Made by a program: the position numbers and the translations under genes. DNA of 64,000 bases, taken from NCBI GenBank assembly GCA_951406725.2, contig OX597824.1:21390001-21454000 (forward strand), given 5' to 3'. How positions within the stretch are numbered: position 1 is the stretch's first letter; each line of letters begins with the position of its first letter. Below the pieces are notes generated by a model. The model saw nothing but the letters and a program-made list of their open reading frames with translations. It ran no database searches and was not told where the DNA came from. The stretch comes from Octopus vulgaris (taxonomy: Eukaryota). Positions 1 to 10,102 of the stretch are shown one piece after another.

Positions 1-1141
1 AGTTTTCTCATCGCGTAAGACGTTTTGAACAGCTCATAGGTTAATTGATTTAACCTATTTAATGTAGAAATTTGAGAAGTGCTAATTAATTTCTGACGCA
101 AGTGTATATATATATGGGTGTTCTTGTGTGTGAGATATACAAGAACATTAGCTCACAACCATCTGATAATTCCAATGTTATGCAGTGTTACCCACTCAGT
201 TCACCTTTGTACATACAAACTCATCTGCACTTAGAATGTGCAATTACTTGTCCATCAACCTTAGGAAAACAGAGTAAATTTTCTTAAATTATTTACCAAA
301 ATAATTAAATAGGTTATTGTCTTCAGTACTGTTATTAATGTTCAAATTATATCACATTAATCTCAAAATTGAACAAAACAGAATCAGAATTATTTTGTAA
401 TTATAGGAAATAACTTTAATTAGAAACATTTAATTAATTTAAATAATTTGAGTACAAAAATCTTTTTATTCTATTTCGGTTACATAATAATAATAGTAAT
501 AATTAAAAAAATCAATAGTTAACAGAATTATTTGGTTGAAGAAAATTATTTGGCTGCATAGTTTCGCTGTCAAGAAGCATGTGACCCTTGGAAGAAACTA
601 AAAGATGCAACTGTATCTTTATAATTTTTTATATGTCTAAATCATCCTCAACCTATTTTTATATTAACTTGTCTCTGATTGTCTTTGATTCTTTGATAGA
701 AACCTTCTGTTTTAAAGTGATCTAAATTAAAAACTAAAGGCTTGCTTCAAAATTTCATGTTTATTATGCAGTACAGCATGTTGTTTCCAAATTCTTGGCA
801 GAGTGAAATGCATCATGGTGCTGTTTTTCTCACAGACAGTGCCCGGCTGACCCTACTATACTGTGTAGTTGACAAAATCAAAGACAAACAATACGCATGC
901 ATGAAATTAAGAATATAAAATGGCGACAATTTACATATCACATCCTGTGTATATATATATATGATAGACTTCACCAAATCCATTCACAGTCAGCTTGGGG
1001 CTATAGTAGAAGACATTTGACCCCCAAGTGCCACATAATGGAATTGAACCTGAGTAAATTCAAATTTTTTTATTGTGTTCTTATAATTTTTCTTACATTT
1101 GCCTTCTCTCACTCTCTCTTTCTATCTGTCTGTCTGTCTGT

Positions 1142-1192
1142 AGCGTTAGACGGAAGATGTAAATGTCCTTGGTTCGATCCCGGGTTTTGGCA
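1142..1192 (+). pseudogene. 5'-truncated tRNA-Phe(GAA) copy forming the head of a short retroposon (tail to about 1290)
   Basis: agcgttagacggaagatgtaaatgtccttggttcgatcccgggttttggca differs at 5 of 51 positions from my recalled eukaryotic tRNA-Phe 3' portion; followed by a SINE-type tail and (AAAT)n. Confidence 0.8.
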
Positions 1193-1436
1193 TCCGGTGG
1201 TTGGCACATTTCTTAACGGTGGTGCATCAGAATGGCCACAGCTATGAGGTGAAACCACAGCAAAAAAATAAATAAATAAATAATAAATATATATACAAGA
1301 AAGATGATGGATAACAAGCATAGGTGTAAAGAATGTACAGATATGAAAAATTGTGCATGCAGCCTACACTTCATGTAAATTGTATATACAATTTTGCATA
1401 TGAATACCTTCCTCACACCTATGATTGTTTGACCAT

Positions 1437-1480
<44 letters not shown>

Positions 1481-1739
1481 GGTGTATATGTAAGAGTGTT
1501 TGTGATTGTAATTTCCTCTTGTCTTATTAGTTGTAAGCAGATTGAAAACAAAGGCACTGATTGTAAACAAAGTGATGCCATTTGATTTGCTATCTGCCAA
1601 GGAAACATGTCCAGCCATTGAGCTGTTTGTTGTTTGAAGTAATAAGAGGAAAGATAACCTTGCTTGGAAATTGGCGAGGGTTGCTGATAGCAAGTGTGTC
1701 CTATTATGGAAAATCTGCCTTAACAATTTTTATCTGAAA

Positions 1740-2131
1740 CTAGCAGTATTGTCCGACATTGCTCGGGTTTGTTTCGACCCTTTAGAATTGGAAGTTTTGA
1801 AAAGTAAAACTTTTGCATTATGTAGCTTGTTATTCTCTTTAAGTGAACATTTTTCTGGTTGAAATACACCTAAAAATGGCGACACAGCAGTAAAAAAATC
1901 ATAAAAAATAGGGATTTTCATAGAAAAAAAGCACCTTTTTGATGTAAATAATTTTTGGTGTTAACATGGTCCGATTTGAATATTTTCATCTACGGAGGGA
2001 AGAGCAAGCCTTCTTCTATCATACTCTCAATTTTGGTCAACTTTCGCCGCAGGGTCTTGGAGGAGATAGTGTTAGTTGAAGGCTACCAGACCTGCCATAC
2101 ACGGACAACTTCAGCTTTATATAGAGAGAGA
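1740..2131 (-). mobile_element. Non-autonomous Helitron-like element, family H1
   Basis: On the - strand it starts TC and ends CTAG, inserted between A and T, with a subterminal GC hairpin; near-identical copies at 10103, 29338 and 51730. Confidence 0.75.
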
Positions 2132-2478
2132 TAGGCAAGCATGAAGAAATACATGTTAAAGCATCAGTGATGATGATGACGATGACAGCAGTGATGGCGA
2201 CAATGATGACACTGACAATGTCTATGGTAATGATGATGATGAGTTAATTTTCAGATTAAGATTGTGGTGTTTTAGTAAGAGCATATCTATTGCTATTCAA
2301 ACTATTAAAACCTGCTTTCAATAAGGATACAAATTTTCTGGCTTACTTCAGGTATTTGCTAGTGTTTGTTGGTAGGATTCCATCTAATTATCGTTATTTA
2401 GTTACTGATTTTCTCCATGAAATAATTAAAAACCAAAGTCAACTTTTGAACTGATGTTTATTTTATTGTTTCTTGCAG

Positions 2479-2573
2479 GACTGGTAAAACTGGGAGTACA
2501 TTGCATAACTGGCAAAAAGGTTGCCATAAAAATTGTAAATAGGGAAAAATTAAGTGAATCTGTATTAATGAAG
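2479..2573 (+). CDS. BRSK2: BRSK/SAD-1 Ser/Thr kinase, internal coding exon (95 nt): (G)[31 protein letters not shown]
   Basis: ttgtttcttgcag acceptor and AAG|gtaag donor; translation matches the BRSK1/2/SAD-1 subdomain I-II sequence including the VAIK catalytic lysine. Confidence 0.96.
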
Positions 2574-2658
2574 GTAAGATTTCAAATTTTTTTATCTATT
2601 ATTAAATGATATAAATTTATATCATATTTTATCATAATGATGTTTATGCACCAATATG

Positions 2659-2689
<31 letters not shown>

Positions 2690-2695
2690 AAATAT

Positions 2696-2935
2696 ATCTG
2701 TAAAAATAATATGTTATAATTACTCAGTAGCCAAGATAAAACTCTGAGTTTCGGATGCCGAGGTGGAAATCCACACCACCATCTCTTCAGTTCCACCTTG
2801 GCATCAGAAACTCAGAGTTTTATCTTGGCTCCCGAATAATTGTCACATATTATTTTTACAGATAAATTCCTCTATTTACATAATATTGAGGTCTCTTTCT
2901 TTCTTTTGTTATCTTACCGTTTTTACCAATATATA
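2696..2935. mobile_element. Fold-back Penelope-like pLTR relic within (TA)n
   Basis: About 70-bp inverted arms (2696-2768 / 2791-2863); hammerhead-like core on the - strand; TA microsatellite on both sides. Confidence 0.55.
2731..2790 (-). ncRNA. Hammerhead ribozyme-like motif (type I; 5' strand of stem I lost)
   Basis: - strand reads CTGAAGA-GATG..CATC-C-GAAAC-TCAGA-GTT. Confidence 0.5.
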
Positions 2936-3143
2936 TATAAAAGAGACCAAAGTGTACATACGCTGCTGGGGCTGACCAGATTGGAACAATCTTGAGTATA
3001 ACCAGCCGAAATTTCAAAGATAATCTGGAACTCAACTGAGGATAGAAAACTCCGAATGATCCGTCCTTGTTTTCCTTGTATTGTCTGTCTGGATATTTTG
3101 TTTTCCTTTTCTTGTTTCACCTAACTGTTTGTGTTCTTGTCCT

Positions 3144-3179
<36 letters not shown>

Positions 3180-3213
3180 CACTCAAAATATGCAACAAGG
3201 ATAATCATGGTAG

Positions 3214-3300
3214 TGTAGTACAATCGTTTCATGCTACTTCATTTTATTAAACAATGTAAGTATTACATTAGTATTAAATGTAAAGCAATCTTCAGCTACA
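3214..3300 (-). ncRNA. Type I hammerhead ribozyme motif with long stem II
   Basis: - strand reads TGTAG-CTGAAGA-TTGCT..AGCAT-GAAAC-GATT-GTA-CTACA; stem I TGTAG/CTACA; GUA cleavage triplet. Confidence 0.65.
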
Positions 3301-3500
3301 TATAGAATTTTAAAAATCAAATGGACAATGTACATTTTTATACTTATTTATACTACACTACCTTGGATATCCTTGTTGCTTATTTTGATTATAATCACCC
3401 CATTTGATTTATATGGATAATACCATACCAAATTCTGGTGCCTTTAACTTAAGTACCATATTCATCTGAATCTAAATTTTGCTGAACTTATATATATATA

Positions 3501-3874
3501 CATGAGGGTGAGTCAAAAAGTAATGCCATTTTGTTTAGGACAGGTATAATTACCAACACAGGAACATGTATCGTACATCAAAATGAAGCTGGTCCTCTAT
3601 GGATCACATCCCTACATCTCAACATAGTCACCGTTTCTCTCATTAGCAATGTTCCACCTTCGAATGAGAGATGTATCCCTGCACCGTAAAATTCTGTTGA
3701 CTGTTCTTTGAGCCACTTCTTCACTACAGTTTTCACTTCCTAATCACTGAAATAATTTAGCGCCTTCAGACTATCATCCCTTCAGCCCCATGAAAGGGGG
3801 TTTGAGAGGCAAACATTATTCCAGTGACGAGGAAGTGAAAACTGTAGTGAAGAAGTGGCTCAAAGCACAGTCAA
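3501..3874. mobile_element. Mariner 3'-end relic arranged as a fold-back
   Basis: TA plus a gagggtgagtcaaaaagt TIR-like start; + strand encodes PMKGGLRGKHYSSDEEVKTVVKKWLKAQS; 3697-3755 is the reverse complement of 3816-3874. Confidence 0.7.
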
Positions 3875-4169
3875 ATGACTGAAACAAGTAAAAGTAAAAG
3901 TACATGATTGTTTGACCTGTTAAAAATAGCAGCCTAATCTCGCCCAAATTACACCCTACTGCCTCTCCCCTTTTGTTACCATATTCTTTTCTACTCTAGG
4001 CACAAAGCCCAAAATTTTTGGTGGTGGTGGTGGTGATGGTGGGGGGGGGGGGCACCACTCGATTAGATCAACCCAGTATGCAACTGGTACTTAATTTATC
4101 GATCCTGAAAAGGATGAAAGGCAAAGTTGACCTCAGTGGTTTTTGTTACTATATTAGTCAAAATATATA

Positions 4170-4682
4170 CCGTAAATCCTCGAGTATAATCTGCATTTTT
4201 TCCCCAAAATTTAAAGGTCAAAATCCCTAGTGCGTACTATATACAAGGTTAAATAATGGAAAATATTTTCTAAGGAATGTCCGAGTTTCTATTTGCTGTC
4301 CGGCAATGTTTATTCAGACGCATTTTGTAATGTTGGGCGCGAAAATACCTTAAGCTAAGCCTGAAAGCAATGAAGTCATAAAAGAATCATCCATAACTTG
4401 CAGTAAGCAATATTTATTAAATGTTATTACTGTTATTTCTTTATTTTCTGCAAACAAAATGCACAAAAAAGCTACACGTTTGCATTATGTTATATATACA
4501 ATAATAATAAAGGACGTTACCGTATACAGTTTTACAAACCAAGGGCGTTATATAGACCTCTTTTACTCAAGTTAGAGAAGGGGTGCGTGTTATACACAAG
4601 GTTTAAGTTTTTCAGAGGTACAGCCCCCTAAAAATCCCCTGCATGTTATACTCAAGGGCGGACTATACTCAAGAATTTACGG
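4170..4682. mobile_element. Tc1/mariner-superfamily (Tc2/pogo-like) MITE
   Basis: TIRs ccgtaaatcctcgagtata / tatactcaagaatttacgg with TA TSD. Confidence 0.8.
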
Positions 4683-4847
4683 TACTGCCCTTGTTTCAAT
4701 TAACTTCTAAAACAATGGGATCAGCATTGGTGAGGGATGTGAGGAACTCATTGGTTGGAGCTGGCCCAACACACACACACCCATGCACACACACACACAG
4801 GGTTTGAGGAGTGTGAGTGTTGCTCATAAGTAGACAAACGTGTGTTT

Positions 4848-5155
4848 CATCATCATCATCATCATCATTTAACGTCTGCTTTCTATGCTAGCATGGGTTG
4901 GACGATTTTGACTGAGGGCTGGCGAAACAGATGGCTGCACCAGGCTCCAATATTGACCTGGCAGAGTTTCTACAGCTGGATGCCCTTCCTAACGCCAACC
5001 ACTCCGAGAGTGTAGTGGGTGCTTTTTATGTGCCACCGGCACAAGGGCCAGTCAGGTGGTACTGGCAACGACCTTCCTCGAATCTTTTTACACATGCCAC
5101 CAGAACAGTTGCCAGTAAGGCAACGTGGGTAACGATCATGCTTGAATGGTGCCGT
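4848..5155 (-). mobile_element. RTE LINE 3'-UTR fragment (family C, (TGA)n tail)
   Basis: (CAT)n followed by ttaacgtctgc..gcatgggttggacg..ctggatgcccttcctaacgccaaccactcc; more than 15 copies in the window. Confidence 0.7.
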
Positions 5156-5231
5156 TCATGAAATACATGATTGCTTGACCTGTTCAAAATAGCAGCCTAA
5201 TCTCTCACAAATCATACCCTGCTGTCTTTAA

Positions 5232-5449
5232 CCCTTTTGTTAGAATATTTCTCAAAATATATACTTTCCTTTTTTTAATTAATTTCTAAAATAATGAATT
5301 TAGTGGAATTACAATGTCATTATTAAACTGGTGCTTGGAATATAAATTAACAGAAAATTTTAATGAGAAGTTTAATTGAGGTTACTTTGAAACAGGAAGT
5401 TTGTGCCATAGAACGAAGGGTGGACTGAGGCAGGTTGATATCAAAAGGG
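5232..5449. mobile_element. piggyBac-like MITE
   Basis: TTAA TSDs; cccttttg..caaaaggg termini. Confidence 0.7.
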
Positions 5450-5499
5450 TTAAGATGGGGTTTGGAGCAGAAATTAGCATGAAATTTTGGTAGTAGGTT

Positions 5500-6005
5500 T
5501 GAGTGTATATATGTTTGTGTGTGTGCTGTATGTATGTTTCTGTGTTGTATGTATGTGTGTATATGCTTGTGTGTGTGTTGTATGTATGTGTGTGTATATG
5601 TTTGTGTGTTATGTATGTGTGTGTGTGTATATGTGTATGTATGTGTGTATATGTTTGTGTGTGTTGTATGTGTGTGTTGTATGTATGTGTGTATATGTTT
5701 GTGTTGTATGTATGTGTGTGTATGTTTGTGTGTGTGTTGTATGTGTGTTATGTATGTGTGTGTATATGTATGTGTGTGTGTTGTTTGTATGTGTGTGTAT
5801 ATGTTTATGTCTGTTGTATGTATGTGTGTGCTTGTTTGTTGTATACATGTGTATAGGTATATATTTTGTAACATGTATATCTATGTAGTTGTATGTATGT
5901 GTTATGCACAGTACTGCATATGTGTGTGTGTGTGTTTGTATATAGGTGTATTTGTTTTTGTGGTATATATGTGTTTGAGTTTCGTGGTGTGTTGTATGTG
6001 CATGA
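5500..6005. repeat. Degenerate (TG)/(TATG) microsatellite
   Basis: Directly visible low-complexity tract. Confidence 0.95.
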
Positions 6006-6337
6006 GTGTAATTAATATAACATTTTGATTGAAGGTTTTAATTTAGATCTCTTTAAAGCCAAAATTCTGTATCAAAAATGCCATGGTAACCTTAGGCAGG
6101 TCGTTTTTCCATCTTTTCTGTTCACTTCTTGGGAGGGTCGTGGGAGTATATCCTCAGGCTCCACTGTCAGATGTAAGTGTCATTACACTTTCCGACTGGA
6201 TTCCCAAACCCAGCCAGCTGAGAGTATTAACATTATTCAACCATTTCATTCTTGACCTACTCCTAGGTCTTCCACTGATTGGCCCAGCTTTAAGAATTTG
6301 CCTTGTGACTCCTTCCCATTCTAGTTACATGTTTGTA

Positions 6338-6562
6338 TTGGGTTGTCTGGAAAGTTCGTGCTGATTTTCAAAGGAAAGAAAAAGGTCAATAAATACTTGC
6401 CATTACATTTTTAATCAACCAAATATGAACCAGTTTGTTGCACAATGCGTCTCCATCTTTCCTTTAACTTAAAAATACCCTTTTCCCAGAATCAGGGTGC
6501 CTGGGAGGGTAAGTCAAAAGGTAAGCTACTATAAATTGGCACAAACTTTCCAAACAACCCAA
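6338..6562 (-). mobile_element. Mariner-derived MITE (same TIRs as 7530-8096)
   Basis: TA-ttgggttgtctggaaagttcgtgc ... gcacaaactttccaaacaacccaa-TA. Confidence 0.85.
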
Positions 6563-6918
6563 TAGTACTGGGGCTGTGACTTTTCAATGCGGGGGAAGTA
6601 GCGGCTCGACCTGGATAGACTCTCTGTTCCCTCGGCTATGCACCCTGTCAAGTAACATTATTCTAGAGACCCTTCAGAATGACCCCATTTTGGTTGCTTG
6701 TATTTGTGATTGTACTCTTTTGATCATTTTGTATTCTTTTGGTCATTTCCCAACATTTGTGACCATAGGTGAGGAAACACAAAAAGTGATTTGAAGGTAG
6801 CAAGTTTGGCTTTTTCAACCAACCTCTTCTCTTCTGAGGATCAAATCCTGGAGCTGGCACATCACTGAGAAATTCTAGCATCCAGTTGTGGTTGATATTA
6901 ATATTATTAAACAAAAAA

Positions 6919-7335
6919 GGCGGCGAGCTGGCAGAATTGTTAGCACACTGGGCAAAACGCTTAGTGTTGTTTCGTCTGTCTTTACATTCTGAGTTCAAAT
7001 TCTGCCGAGGTCGACTTCGGCTTTCATCCTGTCGGGGTTGATTAAATAAATACCAGTTATGCACTGGGGTCGATATAATCGACTTAATCCGTTTGTCTGT
7101 CCTTGTTTGTCCTCTCTGTGTTTAGCCCCTTGTGGGTAGTAAAGAAATAGGTATTTCATCTGCCACTACATTCTGAGTTCAAATTCCACTGAGGTCGACT
7201 TTGCCTTTCATCCTTTCAGGGTTGATAAATTAAGTACTAGTTATGCACTAGGGTCGATATAATCAACTTAATCTATCTGTCTGTTCTTGTTTGTCTCCTC
7301 TGTGTTTAGCCCCTTGTGGGTAGTAAAGAAATAGG
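6919..7335 (+). mobile_element. tRNA-derived SINE family A, head-to-tail dimer
   Basis: ggcgagctggcagaa A-box-like, gagttcaaattc B-box, gcctttcatcctttcggggtcgataaa body; many copies in the window. Confidence 0.8.
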
Positions 7336-7529
7336 TATTAATAGTATTAAATAAGAGTTATATTGATCAATATAGTTCCTCATGTATATAATGGGTGGAC
7401 TGTCATAAGTGGAACCCCTATCATTATAGTTTTATTTGATTGTGAGTGATTTGCAATTACACAAGAAGCAAGTTAACTTTCAATTAACAGAGGAAGGCGT
7501 TCATATGATTGCTTAACCTAGTAGAAATA

Positions 7530-8096
7530 TTGGGTTGTCTGGAAAGTTCGTGCCGATTTATAGTAGCTTGCCTTCCGACTTATTTTAGAACATGGTTGAG
7601 TCCATAAAATAGGATTTGACTACACCTCCGTTTAGAGTGCAGTTTAAGCTATCTTTTTGTGGAAGAAGGTTTATGTTCCTATAACCTGTGTTAATTCTGT
7701 AACCCTTTAAAATGGAAGATAAAAAAATTCATTTTCCGCACTTGATGCTTTGGGAACCAGACAAAAATTGCTGCAGCTTGGCTGGGATGTGTTACCTCAC
7801 CCTCCATATTCACCAGATATTGCTCCTTCGGATTTCCACTTATTCAGGTCTCTGCAGAATAGTCTTAATGGTAAAAGTTTCAATTCCTTGGATGGCATAA
7901 AAAGATACCTTGATGAATTCTTTGCCATGAAACCACCTCAATTCTGGGAAGAGGGTATTTTCAAGTTAAAGGAAAGATGGAGACGCATTGTGCAACAAAA
8001 TGGTTCATATTTGTTTTTTTTTAAAATGTAATGACAAGTATTTATTGACCCTTTTCTTTCCTTTAAAAACTGGCACAAACTTTCCAGACAGCCCAA
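7530..8096 (+). mobile_element. Internally deleted mariner transposon (transposase pseudogene)
   Basis: TIRs with TA TSD; MEDKKIHF N-terminus joined to a C-terminus with LPHPPYSPDIAPSDFHLF (the YSPDLAP(S)D mariner motif); ORF 7750-8031. Confidence 0.92.
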
Positions 8097-9092
8097 TACA
8101 TAGCAACAAAGGGACTATACCAACCTTTGTTAGAGAATATGGACTGATGGACCGATGCATTTTATAGAATCCACATCTCCTCTCTTTCTTCATTTATGAG
8201 ATTTGATTTGCAATATCATCATCATCATCATTTTAATGTCTACTTTTCCATGTTCGAATGGATTGAACAGTTTTTTTACTGAGGTGGATTTTCTTTGGCT
8301 GGATGCATTTCTTGTTGTCAACCCTCACCTGTTTCCAAACAAGGCGATATTTTCCCATGACAGGTGGAGGCGCGTGACTTAGTGGTTAGGGTGTTGAACT
8401 CATGATCGTAAGGTTGGCACGAACTTTCTGGACAACCGAATAGCAGCCAAATTTCCCGCATGCTAACATGGAAAATTAACTGTTACCACAATGATGACGA
8501 GAAAAACACAGGTGGTCTCTTGAGAGTAATAACAAGAAATTTTAATAGTTGTTTGTCTTTATCTACCATATCAAATAAGACATCAACCGAAAGTTAATTT
8601 GTAGCAAGAACTCCGTCAGACAAATTCTTTAGACTAGTAAGAATAGTTCCTGGGTTTATCGTAAATTGGTGCTCTGTTGAATTGGATGACATTTCTAATT
8701 TCATTGCACATCAAATTGTATATTCCGATTTTGTCATCAATAATAACTATTTAGATGTTATCTGATGAGATTTAATTAGTTTTAAAATATGCTGTTTCTA
8801 TAGAGAATGGCTATTGCTTTTAAAACCACATCAAATTGAAACATATATATTTATGAGGTTTATGCTTCAACTCGTAATTTAGTTGCTAATTTCATGAATG
8901 ATTCTTAACTATTTCACCAATATTTCACAATTTAGAAGCATTCCTTTCTTGTATTATAATGCACCTTTAATTTTCTGTTGGCATTCTTTAACCTTTGCTG
9001 CATAGAAACTGTTGTGGAAGGATCCTGACCCCCCCCCCCACCATGTAGCCAAAATTGGACTGACCCATTTCAATAAGATAAAGGAGGCTATA

Positions 9093-9483
9093 GTTGCAGG
9101 AGTGGCTGTGTGGTAAGTAGCTTGCTTACGAACCACATGGTTCCGGGTTCAGTCCCACTGTGTGGCACCTTGGGCAAGTGTCTTCTACTATAGCCTCGGG
9201 CTGACCAAAGCCTTGTGAGTGGATTTGGTAGAGAGAAACTGAAAGAAGTCCGTCGTATATATGTATATATATATGTGTGTGTGTGTGTGTCTGTGTTTGT
9301 CCCCCCAACATCGCTTGACAACCGATGCTGGTGTGTTTACGTCCCCGTAACTTAGTGGTTTGGCAAAAGAGACTGATGGAATAAGTACTAGGCTTAAAAA
9401 GAATAAGTCCTGAGGTCGATTTGCTTGACTGAAGGCAGTGCTCCAGCATGGCCACAGTCAGATGACTGAAACAATTAAAAGAG
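9093..9483 (+). mobile_element. tRNA-derived CORE-like SINE family B
   Basis: ggagtggctgtgtggtaag..ggttcagtccc head, ccttgggcaagtg CORE-like segment, internal TA/TG microsatellite, gctccagcatggccacagtc..tgactgaaac tail. Confidence 0.8.
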
Positions 9484-9621
9484 ACTGTGCGAACTGCCAG
9501 CAATTGCCAGGATTGGTCATTTGTATTGGATTACCGTGTTAGTTTAATATCGTACTTACATTTGGCGGAGTACAGAGTATGTTCTGCGTGAACATGTTAA
9601 TTCTGTGAAAGGTTATTCACA

Positions 9622-9852
9622 GCGGTGAGCTGGCAGAAACGTTAGCACACCGGGCAAAATGCTTAGCGGTATTTCGTCTGCCGTTACGTTCTGAGTTCAA
9701 ATTCCACCGAGGTCAACTTTGCCTTTCATCCTTTCGGGGTCGATAAATTAAGTACCACTTACGCACTGGGGTCGATATAATCGACTTAATCCGTCTGTCT
9801 GTCCTTGTTTGTCCTCTCTGTGTTTAGCCCCTTGTGGGTAATAAAGAAATAA
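9622..9852 (+). mobile_element. SINE family A
   Basis: Same sequence as the 6919 copy. Confidence 0.8.
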
Positions 9853-10102
9853 GAAACTGAAACAAGTTCTTCATGTGCACACACACATACACACATGTAT
9901 ATGAAGAGGTAAGGTCCAAGGATCAAGGTGTAGGAAGTTAGTAAACTTCAAGCAGTCTGTAGAAGGTATAAAAGAAAAAAAACAACAACTTTCAGGAACA
10001 ATAGGAGTTTATTGGCGTAGAAAATTGTAAATTTCCCCCATAAACTGAAAAAATTGTTTTATAGCTTATGGTTAGCAGCTGGGTTTGCTGTGGGGATGCA
10101 AA

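Noticed and set aside
1144-1248. Possible extra exon after the ctgtctgtag acceptor-like site
   Set aside because: The sequence is explained by a tRNA-Phe-derived retroposon next to a (CTGT)n tract, and the donors are weak.
5347-6028. HT- and CV-rich ORFs here and at 42000-42450, 46100-46400, 50300-50800 and 57000-57600
   Set aside because: Dinucleotide microsatellite artefacts.
6919-7020. SINE heads as functional tRNA genes
   Set aside because: A- and B-box-like motifs are present, but there is no complete cloverleaf and each head continues into a repeat body.
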